Positions 46,975 to 57,609 of a DNA stretch of 64,000 nucleotides are shown here, piece by piece; position 1 is the stretch's first letter, and each line of letters opens with the position of its first letter. The DNA comes from a virus, in IMG/VR virus record IMGVR_UViG_3300042301_002170; one strand, 5' to 3'. Below the pieces are notes generated by a model. It worked only from the letters and a program-made list of their open reading frames with translations, searched no databases and was not told the origin of the DNA. Position numbers and translations under genes: made by a program.

Positions 46975-49791
46975 ATGGCATCGACTATTCAATTAAAACG
47001 CTCTGCCCAAACGGGTAAAGTACCTGATACTGGTTCCCTTAATTTAGGAGAATTAGCAATTAATACCTATGATGGTAAGATTTATTTTAAAAAATCAGGT
47101 TCGATTGAATCAGTTGAAAGTGTATTAACAACAAATTCTGTAGTAACAGGTTCCATTAGATTAGAAGGAACTGGTTCTTTTGGTTCTCTAAAAGTAAACG
47201 ATACTCTCACAATAAATCACGGTGAAGCAATAATTAGTGGTTCGGCATTAGTAACATCGGACTTAACTATATTAGGAGCAGTTAATGCAAGACAATTTAA
47301 TATTTCAGTAATTTCCTCATCTGTCCTTTTTGAAAGTGGTAGTTCTAGATTTGGTAATACAACAGACGATACACATCAATTTACAGGTTCAGTTAATCTA
47401 ACGGGTTCGTTATATTTAAATGGTGTAGCCGTTGGTGGTTCATCTAATAGTGGTTCATTTACAGGTTCATTTACAGGTTCATTTAGTGGAGATGGTAGCG
47501 GATTAAGGGGTGTGGTTAGTGATGATATACCGAGAGATGGTTGGGATTATGATTCAAACAGTTCAGCATCTATAAGTGATTTTAATGATGTATCAGACAA
47601 GTATTTTATAGATTTTGAACAATCGCAATCAACTGCAGTAGGTACACCTGTTGGATTTAAAGGATTTTTAACAAATGTATCAGGTAGTACACAAATATTA
47701 CCTACATTAGATAGTATTAATTTTATAGTTAGAGATAGTTTAGTTGCATCAATTGGTGTGGGTGGTATTATAGCACAACCAACTGCAGGAACTGTTAGTG
47801 GTTCTTCACAATTAACATCATCATACGATAGTAGATATGTTTTAAGTGGTTCAATTACTCAAACAACTTGGGATAATATTGCATCCAAACCAGGTGGAAT
47901 TATAAGTGGTTCTTCGCAATTAACATCATCGGTATTAGCAACAACAGGTTCGAATACATTTGTAGGAACTCAAACTTTAAGTGGTTCAATTATACCTGCA
48001 ATCGATAATACATACGATTTAGGTTCGGCAACTTATCAATGGAGAGATATTTATGTTTCTTCTGGTTCACTTTATATAGATGGAACAAAGGTATTAGGTT
48101 CAACGGGAAATGAATTACAAATCACAACCGATGCAGGGCAATCAATAAAAATTTTAGAAGAGGGCAGTGATAGTATTATTTTACAATCAGCGGATGGAGA
48201 TATTCAATTAAAAACATCAGGTGGTGGTAATTTATTATTTGACCCAACAACTGGTTTAATTGATGTTAGAGGAACTTTGCAAATACAAGATGGATTTAAG
48301 ATAACATCATCTGGTGGTAACTCAATTCAATTTGGAAATGATTTAGGAATTACAGGTTCAATAAACACAACGGGAAATGTTAATGGTATAAACCTTACAA
48401 CATTTAGTTCATCTATTGCATCTACTTTTTTAAATCAAAATAGTGCAACTTCATCTTATGAAACAAAAGGTAGTGGAATTGTTAGTGGTTCTTCACAAAT
48501 AACTTTTAGTGGAATTAGTTCACTACCTACTTTAGTTAGTGGTAGTTCACAGATAGATGTAATGTCTACAACAAACATTGCAAGGTTAGCAACTACCGGT
48601 TCTAATACATTCTTTGGAACTCAAACATTTAGTGGTTCAGTTTATATTGCAAATGATTTAATTGTACAAGGTAGTTCATCGATTCAATATATTTCCGCAT
48701 CATCTGTATCAATTGGAACTAATATTATTCAATTAAATACGGCAAACCCATCGGTAAGATTTGCAGGTTTAACTATAATAGATAGTGGTTCAGTTGGTGG
48801 TTCAGGTTCATTCCTTTACGATTCGGTACAAGATGAATTCATTTTTGTACATAGAGGAAATGGTACAAATATAACATCTTCTCATTTCATTTTAGGACCA
48901 GAAACATACGATAATTTAGGTAATGAAGCATATTTAACAAATAATAGAATACCAAAAGGAACTGGAATAGAACATCTTAATGATTCTAATATTTCAGATA
49001 CGGGTACATTAATTACTTTGGGTTCAAACACAGTTGTAAACGGTACATTATTAGCAACCGGAACAACATTGGTTTCATCTTCGGCACAAGTAGATGTATT
49101 ATCTACAACAAACATTGCAAGATTAGCAACTACTGGTTCTAATACATTTAACGGAAATCAAACCGTAACTGGTTCATTTACTGTTACAAATAATACCTTT
49201 TCAATTGGAGCAACTGCAAATACTTATGTAGGACCTACTCAATATGGTGGTATAGTATTCCCAAGAGGACAAATATTATATTCAAATACTAATAATCAAA
49301 ATCAATTTTATTTATCATCAAACGCATATACAAATGCAAGTGGTGTATATGCATATAAAAATTCATCCCAACCCGCCGTTGCATTGGGATTAGATAATGG
49401 TGCATTTACATTGCAAACGGCAGGAAACGGAACGGCAGACGCTACCATTACTTGGACAACCGCGATAACCGTTACAAATGCGGGTAATACTACATTTGGT
49501 GGAACGATTACTGAAAATTCATCAATACGATATAAAGAAAATGTTGAAACTATAAATAATGGTTTAGATAAAGTTCTTCAAATGAGAGGTGTTACTTATG
49601 ATAAAAAAGATAGTGGAGTAAAAGAAATCGGTGTGATAGCTGAAGAAATATATGAAGTTTTACCAGAAGTAATTTTAAAAAATGAAGAAGGTGAAGTAGA
49701 TTCAGTTTCATATGGTAGAATTACCGCAGTATTAATCGAAGCAATAAAAGATTTAAAAAAAGAAATTGAAGAATTAAAGGCAAATAAATAA
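46975..49791 (+). CDS. Tail/appendage fibre protein with C-terminal intramolecular chaperone (peptidase S74)
   Basis: IQLKRS...GELAINTYDGK N-terminus; SGSSQ and ATTGSNTF repeats; SSIRYKENV....GLDKVLQMRGVTY...IGVIAEE...PEV. Confidence 0.85.
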   Translation: MASTIQLKRSAQTGKVPDTGSLNLGELAINTYDGKIYFKKSGSIESVESVLTTNSVVTGSIRLEGTGSFGSLKVNDTLTINHGEAIISGSALVTSDLTILGAVNARQFNISVISSSVLFESGSSRFGNTTDDTHQFTGSVNLTGSLYLNGVAVGGSSNSGSFTGSFTGSFSGDGSGLRGVVSDDIPRDGWDYDSNSSASISDFNDVSDKYFIDFEQSQSTAVGTPVGFKGFLTNVSGSTQILPTLDSINFIVRDSLVASIGVGGIIAQPTAGTVSGSSQLTSSYDSRYVLSGSITQTTWDNIASKPGGIISGSSQLTSSVLATTGSNTFVGTQTLSGSIIPAIDNTYDLGSATYQWRDIYVSSGSLYIDGTKVLGSTGNELQITTDAGQSIKILEEGSDSIILQSADGDIQLKTSGGGNLLFDPTTGLIDVRGTLQIQDGFKITSSGGNSIQFGNDLGITGSINTTGNVNGINLTTFSSSIASTFLNQNSATSSYETKGSGIVSGSSQITFSGISSLPTLVSGSSQIDVMSTTNIARLATTGSNTFFGTQTFSGSVYIANDLIVQGSSSIQYISASSVSIGTNIIQLNTANPSVRFAGLTIIDSGSVGGSGSFLYDSVQDEFIFVHRGNGTNITSSHFILGPETYDNLGNEAYLTNNRIPKGTGIEHLNDSNISDTGTLITLGSNTVVNGTLLATGTTLVSSSAQVDVLSTTNIARLATTGSNTFNGNQTVTGSFTVTNNTFSIGATANTYVGPTQYGGIVFPRGQILYSNTNNQNQFYLSSNAYTNASGVYAYKNSSQPAVALGLDNGAFTLQTAGNGTADATITWTTAITVTNAGNTTFGGTITENSSIRYKENVETINNGLDKVLQMRGVTYDKKDSGVKEIGVIAEEIYEVLPEVILKNEEGEVDSVSYGRITAVLIEAIKDLKKEIEELKANK

Positions 49792-50621
49792 TGGCTAATC
49801 TTATAAATCTTACTGTAAATGATACCGGTTTTATGGGATTACCAAGTGGAACATTAGCACAAAGACCGGCTTCACCTGTAATGGGTTATACCAGATTTAA
49901 TACTACATTGGGTGTAACTGAATATTATAATGGGACACGTTGGATAGACCCATCAACCGAAAGAGCAGCGGAAGGACCAATAATTACAGCAAATCAATTA
50001 TTTCACGTAGATGCTGCAAAACCATCAAGTTATGCGAAAAATAGAAATTTATGGTATGATATAAGTGGAAATGGTAGACATTTTTTATTAAACGGAACTA
50101 CTTCATTTAATACATCAAATGATGGTTCGATAAATTTTGGTGATAATCAAGGATATGCATCTATCCAATCATTAAATCTTCAACAAAATTTTACATTGGA
50201 AATATGGTGTTTTATAATTGGAAATAGTGCGGGATTATTTGGACAAGGTCCAACTGCAGTATCACAAGGATTACACATACTTTGGGATGCAACCAGAGGT
50301 ATTGTTTTTGGTTTATATGCAAATGATTTAGATACACCATCATATAGTCTAACATACAATACATGGCATCAATTTGCGTTTACACATAATAATAGTAATG
50401 CCGTAAAACAATTTTACGCAGATGGTGCATTAATAAACTCACACACAGGTTCCGCAGTATATACTGGTAGTGGGCAATTTAATATAGGAAGTACATATAG
50501 TAATCCGATTTACGCAAATATGAGAGGAAGAATATCAATAGCAAGAGGATACAGTACAATTTTATCCGCAAATGATATATTACAAAATTTTAATGCACAA
50601 AGAAGTAGATATAATTTATAA
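49791..50621 (+). CDS. Fibre-tip adhesin, LamG-like domain
   Basis: Shared N-terminal LPxGTxxQRP..G..R(F/Y)N module; VDAAKPSSY...WYDISGNG, WHQFAFT, ILQNFNAQRSRY. Confidence 0.7.
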   Translation: MANLINLTVNDTGFMGLPSGTLAQRPASPVMGYTRFNTTLGVTEYYNGTRWIDPSTERAAEGPIITANQLFHVDAAKPSSYAKNRNLWYDISGNGRHFLLNGTTSFNTSNDGSINFGDNQGYASIQSLNLQQNFTLEIWCFIIGNSAGLFGQGPTAVSQGLHILWDATRGIVFGLYANDLDTPSYSLTYNTWHQFAFTHNNSNAVKQFYADGALINSHTGSAVYTGSGQFNIGSTYSNPIYANMRGRISIARGYSTILSANDILQNFNAQRSRYNL

Positions 50622-51337
50622 TGGCAACATTTAAAAATGTAACAATTAACGATACGGGATTTTTAAAATTACCAACGGGTACAACGGCAGAAAGACCTTC
50701 TCCATCTACTGGGTATTTAAGATATAATACAACTTTAAATAGACCAGAAGTTTATTATAATAGTAATTGGGCAAATGTTGCTACAAAAAATGAAAGTTAT
50801 TTGTATTACTATGAAGGTAGGGATGCAAATTTATATACCGGAAATTGGAATAACTCAACAACTTTTTCAATGTTAAATTTTGGTGGGTTAGGACATGTTA
50901 CTGCTCATGGTTGGACAACAGGTCCATCAACATATACATTAACATTGGGTTCTATACCAACTCACACTCAAGTTAGATATGTAGTTTTTTGGCATTTAAT
51001 AGATTCATTAGATACTGAAACTAGTAATCTATTTTTAATGAATTCATCTGAAACCGAAACTGAATTTTTAAGATTTACAAAAATATGGAGTGGAGCTCCA
51101 TCTACCGTAGTATTACAATCAGGTGCATCTGCAACATGGAGTGGTTCTAAAACATATACATATACACCTTGGACAACTTCTACGGGTAATCCAACTATAC
51201 ATGGTTATTATGTATTTGATAGTGGATATTATTCACACACATCTACTTCGTTTACTGCAAGACATATATTGGGAGCAGACCAAGCAGCTGCAGATGAGGC
51301 AATGTATCTTTCACACGTTCAATTATGGATAAGATAA
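50621..51337 (+). CDS. Fibre-tip adhesin with unassigned beta-rich domain
   Basis: Same N-terminal LPTGTTAERP..GYLRYN module; C-terminal IPTHTQVRYVVFWHLIDSLDTE beta domain. Confidence 0.6.
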   Translation: MATFKNVTINDTGFLKLPTGTTAERPSPSTGYLRYNTTLNRPEVYYNSNWANVATKNESYLYYYEGRDANLYTGNWNNSTTFSMLNFGGLGHVTAHGWTTGPSTYTLTLGSIPTHTQVRYVVFWHLIDSLDTETSNLFLMNSSETETEFLRFTKIWSGAPSTVVLQSGASATWSGSKTYTYTPWTTSTGNPTIHGYYVFDSGYYSHTSTSFTARHILGADQAAADEAMYLSHVQLWIR

Positions 51338-51338
51338 A

Positions 51339-52982
51339 ATGGCAACACTTAAAAATACATCAATAACAAGTTCAACCGGATTTATATCGTTACCATCCGG
51401 AACAGGTACACAACGACCAACGCCATCAACTGGAATGATACGATATAATTCTTCTCGTTTAGAATTTGAAACTTATGATGGTAGTAAATGGATTAGTGCA
51501 CAAAAGCAAAAAGAAAATTATAGTACATCTGGATTGGTGTGTTATATAGATGCGGGAAACCCACAATGTTATAGTGGAAATGGAAGTACATTAACCGATT
51601 TATCAGGTAATTCAAATAATTTAACTTTACCTGGTTCTGGTGTAGTTTTTAATTCTACGGGAGGAGGTTCTCTATATTTTGATGGAACTGCTAGAGCAAA
51701 CGTAGCACATAGTAGTACATTGGATTTTACAGGTACTCAACAATATACTGCATTAGTTTGGGTTAGACCATCTTTGGGTGGTGGAGTTTGGCATGGATTA
51801 ATAAGTAAAGGAGACGGCCAGCAGTATGCTGCAACTATATATAGTCCAACTAAATATATTCATTACGAAACAAATACTTCGTTGGGACCAATGGATACAC
51901 CTACCAATTCAATAGAGGGAAATAAATGGCAACAAGTCGTTATTAGAAGTAATGGTTCATCAAAAGCAACTTTTATTAATACAATACGGTGTGCATATGT
52001 AACTGGTGCAGTTAATTCAACTTCCAATACTGAAACATTAAGATTTGGTGAAGGAAATGCTGGTGAATTATTAATAGGTTATATGGGTGCAGTAATGATT
52101 TACAATAGAGCATTAAGTGATGAAGAAATAGGAAACTTATTTAATGAACAAAGAGGTAGATATGAGGTAGATGCACCATTGGGTTCTGCATTTAATCCTG
52201 CCGATTCTGCTGCAACAATTAAAGCAATGAATACCAACGCACCTGATGGTGTATATTATATAAATTTACCAACAGTAGGTCCGAAAAAAACATATTGTAT
52301 TATGAATAGTGCGTTTGATGGAGGAGGATGGATGCTAACAATGAAAGCAACAAGAGGAACTACATTTAGTTATGCTTCAAGTTATTGGACTACGAGAAAT
52401 TTATTAAATGAAGCAAATTTACATCAAGATGATGGGGATGCTAAATATGATGCATTTAATTATTTTGAAGGTTCTGATTTGATGGCAAGATGGCCTGATA
52501 TTGGAACAAGTGGTGGTAGTATAGCTGGAACAGGAACTTGGACGTGGTTAGAAAGAAGTTTTAATAGTGGTAGGGCTAGTACAAGAACAAATTTAGTAGA
52601 TTTTTTTACAAATGCAGGAACTTACCAAAGTGGATATGGTGGTTATTTTTTGAGAGATGCAAAAACATTTAGTGGTTGGGCAAATGGAGTATTCTCAAGT
52701 CAAGTAGATATTAGGTTTTATGGATTTAATTTTATTAATCATCCAAATTATGGATTATTTGCAAAATGCAGATGGGGGTTTGGATGGAATGAAAATAGTG
52801 AAGGATTATATTCATCACCTGCAACATTAGCAACTGGTGGAGCACCTGGTTCAGATGACGTTTCAGGTGGTATTGGAATGGATACATCATTTGGAAGTTA
52901 TTCAGCAGGTGATAGAATTAACTGTTGCAACGATACGACTGGTATCAACAGAACGGCAAGAGTTGAGATATATATTAGATAA
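51339..52982 (+). CDS. Fibre-tip adhesin: LamG plus fibrinogen-C-like domain
   Basis: Shared N-terminal module; LamG (YIDAGN..CYSG...WQQV...IYNRALS.EEI); APDGVYYI...TYC.M...DGGGWML fibrinogen-like motif. Confidence 0.7.
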   Translation: MATLKNTSITSSTGFISLPSGTGTQRPTPSTGMIRYNSSRLEFETYDGSKWISAQKQKENYSTSGLVCYIDAGNPQCYSGNGSTLTDLSGNSNNLTLPGSGVVFNSTGGGSLYFDGTARANVAHSSTLDFTGTQQYTALVWVRPSLGGGVWHGLISKGDGQQYAATIYSPTKYIHYETNTSLGPMDTPTNSIEGNKWQQVVIRSNGSSKATFINTIRCAYVTGAVNSTSNTETLRFGEGNAGELLIGYMGAVMIYNRALSDEEIGNLFNEQRGRYEVDAPLGSAFNPADSAATIKAMNTNAPDGVYYINLPTVGPKKTYCIMNSAFDGGGWMLTMKATRGTTFSYASSYWTTRNLLNEANLHQDDGDAKYDAFNYFEGSDLMARWPDIGTSGGSIAGTGTWTWLERSFNSGRASTRTNLVDFFTNAGTYQSGYGGYFLRDAKTFSGWANGVFSSQVDIRFYGFNFINHPNYGLFAKCRWGFGWNENSEGLYSSPATLATGGAPGSDDVSGGIGMDTSFGSYSAGDRINCCNDTTGINRTARVEIYIR

Positions 52983-53004
52983 TCAAAGAAAAAAGATATT
53001 ATTA

Positions 53005-53012
53005 TATTTATA
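53005..53012 (+). promoter_or_regulatory. Putative late promoter TATTTATA
   Basis: Intergenic, upstream of ATG 53033. Confidence 0.5.
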
Positions 53013-53032
53013 AGAAAACATAACAGATTTAA

Positions 53033-55972
53033 ATGGCAGCTATATTTCAAATTAGAAGAGGAACAACTGATATATCATCTTCAATAGTAGATGGTGAATT
53101 ATATTTACATAAAGGAAAAAACTCTTTACAAGTGGCAATTGGTGATGGAAATCCTATCACATTACTTGCATTAAATACATCCTCAGTTGGTAATATTAAC
53201 TTAACAGGAGATGTATCAGCATCTAATATGTTTGTTAGTGAAAATTTAACCGTTTCTGGTAATTTATTTTTAGGAAATCAAACAACAGATACTATAACTG
53301 CAACGGGTGAGTTTACATCAAACTTAATCCCCAATCCATCAAATACATATTCAATTGGTTCTACTTCAAAAGTTTGGAAAGAAATACACGCAACTTCTTT
53401 TTCAGGTTCATTTAGTGGTTCTATTAATGGTATAAACGAAGGAATTTCAGCATTTAGTGAATCGGTAGATAGTAGATTAGACCAATTGCAATTAGCATCG
53501 GCATCTTTACAATTATTTACATCATCACAAGAAACGAAAAATGTAACTATTGGAGAACATACTTCTTCAATAAATTCATTTACTCAATCACAAGAATCAA
53601 AAGATGTAGTTATTTCTGCTTATACGGCATCAATGAATACGTTTAGTGCTTCAATATATCAACATTCGGCATCTATAAACTCATTTACATCATCACAAGA
53701 AACAAAAGATATAGTAATTGCATCATATACTGGTTCAATGAATACCTTTACTCAATCTGTATATGAGCACACATCTTCTATTAACGAATATACTCAATCT
53801 TTAAGAACGGCAATTGATGTAACTGATGGAAATACAAGAATAATAGGAAACTTAATTGTAGATGGTACACAAACATCATTAAATACAACTGAAACTTTTG
53901 TTGAAGATAAATCAATTACTTTAGCAAGTGGTTCTACAACTTCTGCTATTGCGGATGGTGCAGGTTTAAATATAGCAGGTGCAAATGTTTCAATGAGTTG
54001 GGAAGATTCTAATCAAAGATTATATTTTAATACAAGTATAGCAGCATTAGGTTCAATTAGTTCATCTACAGTTGTTGGTTTAAATGGTGATAGTGTAACT
54101 GTATATTCAACATCGGTAGATAGTAGATTAAGTAACTTACAAAGTAAATCTGCAAGTGTAGATAATTCTATTTTATTATTAGGACAATTTACTCAATCTC
54201 AAGAAAACAAAAATACCACATTAGCTACTTATACTTCATCATTAGAATTATATACGGCATCGGTAAATAGTGATTTAGCAAGTATTCATCAAACTACTTC
54301 TTCATTAAATGCATTTACTGCAAGTATATTTGGAACAAATGAATTTACTGCATCTACTAAAATTAGATTAGATAATTTAGAAAGTACATCTGCATCAATT
54401 AGTTCTTCAGTTGGACAATTGAATTTAGTAACTTCATCTTTACATTCATATACATCATCTACAAATGTTAGATTAGATAATATAGAATTAACTACTTCTA
54501 GTTTAAATTCTTCGATTCTACAAATAAATTCAGTAACTACATCATTAAATTTATGGACGGGTTCTGGATTCTTTAATGCATATTCAACTTCAGTAGATAA
54601 TTTATTAGATGGATTAAGATATGATTTAGATTTATTAACTCCTGCAGGATTAACTGCGGCATTTGATAATTTAAATTTATTTACATCATCTGCAAATAGT
54701 AGATTAAATAGTATAGAAGCGGCAACTTCATCATACGAAACAAATGGTAGAGGAATTGTAAGTGGTAGTTCTCAAATAACTCCATTATTACCAACGGGTG
54801 TAATTAGTGGTTCATCTCAAATTACATTAATATTACCAACAGGAGTAGTATCTGGCTCATCTCAAATTACATATGCAAGTATCTCATCTATACCAGCAGG
54901 TATTGTAAGTGGTTCATCACAAGTTGATATTACGGCAACAACTAACTATTCAACATTTAGTAGTTCGGTAGCAAATGATATTACATCGTTAAACTCATAT
55001 ACTTCATCTCTAAGAGGGGCAATTACTATAAGTGGTACAGATGTTTCTTTAGCAGGAAATTTAACAGTATTAGGAACTACAACTATTATAGATAGTACGG
55101 TTGTTAATATTAAAGATAATATTATTCAATTAAATGGAGCAGGTTCGGCAAATGCAGGTTTAGTAGTAAGAGATGCAACTGGCACAACAACTTCTGGCTC
55201 ATTGTTATGGGATACAGATAACGATTATTGGAAAGCAGGACCATTGGATGCTGAATCCAAATTGCTAAGAGCAGGTGGAGACAATGTGATTTCTGCTTCA
55301 TCACAAATTACTTATTCAAATATTTCTTCAATACCAGCGGGAATTATAAGTAGTTCTACTCAAATAGATGCATTATTTAATATTGATGGATTAGTTTCAG
55401 GTTCATCTCAAATTACATATGCAAGTATTAGTTCAATACCAGGTGGGATAGTTAGTGGTTCATCTCAAATTACGGCGGGTTCAACTACAAACTTCGCAAC
55501 AGATGTAAAAACTCAATTAAACTCTAGCACAGTAATTAGTGGTTCATCTCAAGTAACGTTATCATCTACAACAGGTGGTGGTACAACTTCAAATGTACAA
55601 CATGGTTCTTTAGGAATTGGATTAGCAGCTACTGGAGTAAGTGGTGAAATTGTAGCAAGTGCTGATATTGTGGCTTTTGCATCATCCGATATTAGATTAA
55701 AAGAAAATATTCAACCAATTCAAAATGCATTAGAAAAAGTTGAATCGATTAGTGGTAACACATACGATTGGAAAGAAGGATATGATGAAATTCACTCTCA
55801 CAAAGGAAATGATGTTGGAGTAATTGCACAAGAAATTGAATCAATATTACCACAAATTGTAACAAATAGAGATAACGGATACAAAGCAGTTCAATATGAA
55901 AAAATAGTTCCATTATTAATTGAAGCAATAAAAGAATTATCAGCAAAAATTAAACTATTAGAAAATAAATAG
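53033..55972 (+). CDS. Fibre protein with coiled coil and C-terminal peptidase S74 chaperone
   Basis: MAAIFQIRRG...GELY; multiple SGSSQ; SSDIRLKENI.PI.NALEKV..ISG.TYDW...DVGVIAQE. Confidence 0.85.
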   Translation: MAAIFQIRRGTTDISSSIVDGELYLHKGKNSLQVAIGDGNPITLLALNTSSVGNINLTGDVSASNMFVSENLTVSGNLFLGNQTTDTITATGEFTSNLIPNPSNTYSIGSTSKVWKEIHATSFSGSFSGSINGINEGISAFSESVDSRLDQLQLASASLQLFTSSQETKNVTIGEHTSSINSFTQSQESKDVVISAYTASMNTFSASIYQHSASINSFTSSQETKDIVIASYTGSMNTFTQSVYEHTSSINEYTQSLRTAIDVTDGNTRIIGNLIVDGTQTSLNTTETFVEDKSITLASGSTTSAIADGAGLNIAGANVSMSWEDSNQRLYFNTSIAALGSISSSTVVGLNGDSVTVYSTSVDSRLSNLQSKSASVDNSILLLGQFTQSQENKNTTLATYTSSLELYTASVNSDLASIHQTTSSLNAFTASIFGTNEFTASTKIRLDNLESTSASISSSVGQLNLVTSSLHSYTSSTNVRLDNIELTTSSLNSSILQINSVTTSLNLWTGSGFFNAYSTSVDNLLDGLRYDLDLLTPAGLTAAFDNLNLFTSSANSRLNSIEAATSSYETNGRGIVSGSSQITPLLPTGVISGSSQITLILPTGVVSGSSQITYASISSIPAGIVSGSSQVDITATTNYSTFSSSVANDITSLNSYTSSLRGAITISGTDVSLAGNLTVLGTTTIIDSTVVNIKDNIIQLNGAGSANAGLVVRDATGTTTSGSLLWDTDNDYWKAGPLDAESKLLRAGGDNVISASSQITYSNISSIPAGIISSSTQIDALFNIDGLVSGSSQITYASISSIPGGIVSGSSQITAGSTTNFATDVKTQLNSSTVISGSSQVTLSSTTGGGTTSNVQHGSLGIGLAATGVSGEIVASADIVAFASSDIRLKENIQPIQNALEKVESISGNTYDWKEGYDEIHSHKGNDVGVIAQEIESILPQIVTNRDNGYKAVQYEKIVPLLIEAIKELSAKIKLLENK

Positions 55973-55973
55973 A

Positions 55974-55981
55974 TATTTATA
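55974..55981 (+). promoter_or_regulatory. Putative late promoter TATTTATA
   Basis: Immediately after the stop at 55972, upstream of ATG 56033. Confidence 0.5.
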
Positions 55982-56032
55982 AGGGTATAAGGAATTTCTT
56001 ATATTTTAAACTAAAAAAAAGAGTAAACTAAA

Positions 56033-57604
56033 ATGGGACTTAAATTTAGACGTGGGACGAACGCACAAAAATCTGGTTCGTTAGCATTCGGAGAGCCGTA
56101 TGTAAATACAGACTTAGGAACATTACAAATTGGAGGAGCAACCGGTGATATTACACTAGGAGCTTCCGGAACAGGAAGTCAGGGTTCATTCGCCGGAATT
56201 TCAGGTTCATCATTGGACATTACCGGAAACGCAAAAATTGACGGTAACTTAACATTGGGTGGTAACATTACAATTGGTGATAACACATCCGATAGTGTAA
56301 ATGTTGTAGCATCTTTAAGTTCATCACTTATTCCACAAACAACCAATATATTTGATTTAGGTTCAGAGACTAAATTTTGGAGAGATTTATATATCTCAAC
56401 AGGTTCAATCAAAATGGTTAATCCTGCAAACAATCAAGTAGTAACAACAATTACTGCGGTAGCAGGTGGTGGTATTCAAATTGGTAATGTACAAATTTCA
56501 ACTGCATCAATTTCATTTGTAGATAATAGTGGTAATATTACACAAAATGTTGCACAATCTTCTTCGGTAGGTTCAACGAGTAATTTTACAACAACATCTT
56601 CATTTAACTCATTTACAAGTTCAATCGATACAACGATTAAAACTAAAATAAATACGGATGGTGTAGTATCAGGTTCTTCACAAATATCACATGATTCAAC
56701 AACGGGATATTCTGCAAACAAACACGTTGACCATACATCTGTATTAATTAGTGCAGGTAATGGTTTGAGTGGTGGGGGTGATATTTCATCAACAAGAACA
56801 TTAGCATTAGATAGTGGTTCTGCACACTTTACAGGTGGTGTTAAATCTGCATTAAATACAAATACTGTAGTAAGTGGCTCATCTCAAATTACATACGCAA
56901 GTATTTCTTCTATACCAGCAGGAATAGTAAGTGGTTCTTCACAAGTAACAGGAATTGGAAATGCACAATTAACAAACTCTACAATTAGTGGTATTTCATT
57001 AGGTTCTAACTTAGCAACTTTAACAATTGGTACGGGATTAAGTGGAACATCTTACAACGGTAGTGGTGCAGTAACAATTGCAAACACCGGTGTAACTTCA
57101 AACGTAGCAGGAACTGGTGTAACAGTATCTGGAGCAACTGGGGCAGTAACAATATCAATTGGACAATCGGTAGCAACAAACGCAACTCCAACATTTGGTA
57201 ACTTAACCATCAATGGAACGATAACTGCAACTGGTGATATTACGGCATTCTTTACTTCGGATATTAGACATAAAAACAATGTTCAATTAATAGATAACGC
57301 ATTAGATAAAGTAAATGCATTGAATGGTGTAACTTGGGAATGGAATGATGATGTAGATGAAGTAACTAAACAAACTCCAAAAACTGGTTTAATTGCACAA
57401 GATGTTTTAGATGTTTTACCTGAAGTAGTTAAGACAAGAGAAAATGGTTTCTTAGCATTGGATTATTCTAAAATGATTGGTTTGTTAGTAGAAGCAATCA
57501 AAGAGCAAGATATTGTTATACAAAAATTAAAATCAGATATGGTTGGATTGAGTACAACAATTACCGTTTTTGAAGATAGAATGAAAGAAAAAGGTTTATT
57601 ATAA
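56033..57604 (+). CDS. Fibre protein with C-terminal peptidase S74 chaperone
   Basis: MGLKFRRG...FGEPY; SDIRHKNNV..I.NALDKV..LNGVTWEW...GLIAQDV..VLPEVV. Confidence 0.85.
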   Translation: MGLKFRRGTNAQKSGSLAFGEPYVNTDLGTLQIGGATGDITLGASGTGSQGSFAGISGSSLDITGNAKIDGNLTLGGNITIGDNTSDSVNVVASLSSSLIPQTTNIFDLGSETKFWRDLYISTGSIKMVNPANNQVVTTITAVAGGGIQIGNVQISTASISFVDNSGNITQNVAQSSSVGSTSNFTTTSSFNSFTSSIDTTIKTKINTDGVVSGSSQISHDSTTGYSANKHVDHTSVLISAGNGLSGGGDISSTRTLALDSGSAHFTGGVKSALNTNTVVSGSSQITYASISSIPAGIVSGSSQVTGIGNAQLTNSTISGISLGSNLATLTIGTGLSGTSYNGSGAVTIANTGVTSNVAGTGVTVSGATGAVTISIGQSVATNATPTFGNLTINGTITATGDITAFFTSDIRHKNNVQLIDNALDKVNALNGVTWEWNDDVDEVTKQTPKTGLIAQDVLDVLPEVVKTRENGFLALDYSKMIGLLVEAIKEQDIVIQKLKSDMVGLSTTITVFEDRMKEKGLL

Positions 57605-57609
57605 TATAA

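Noticed and set aside
41684-57604. Diversity-generating retroelement suggested by Mtd-N-like N-termini
   Set aside because: There is no reverse transcriptase and no template/variable repeat pair differing at adenines visible in the window.
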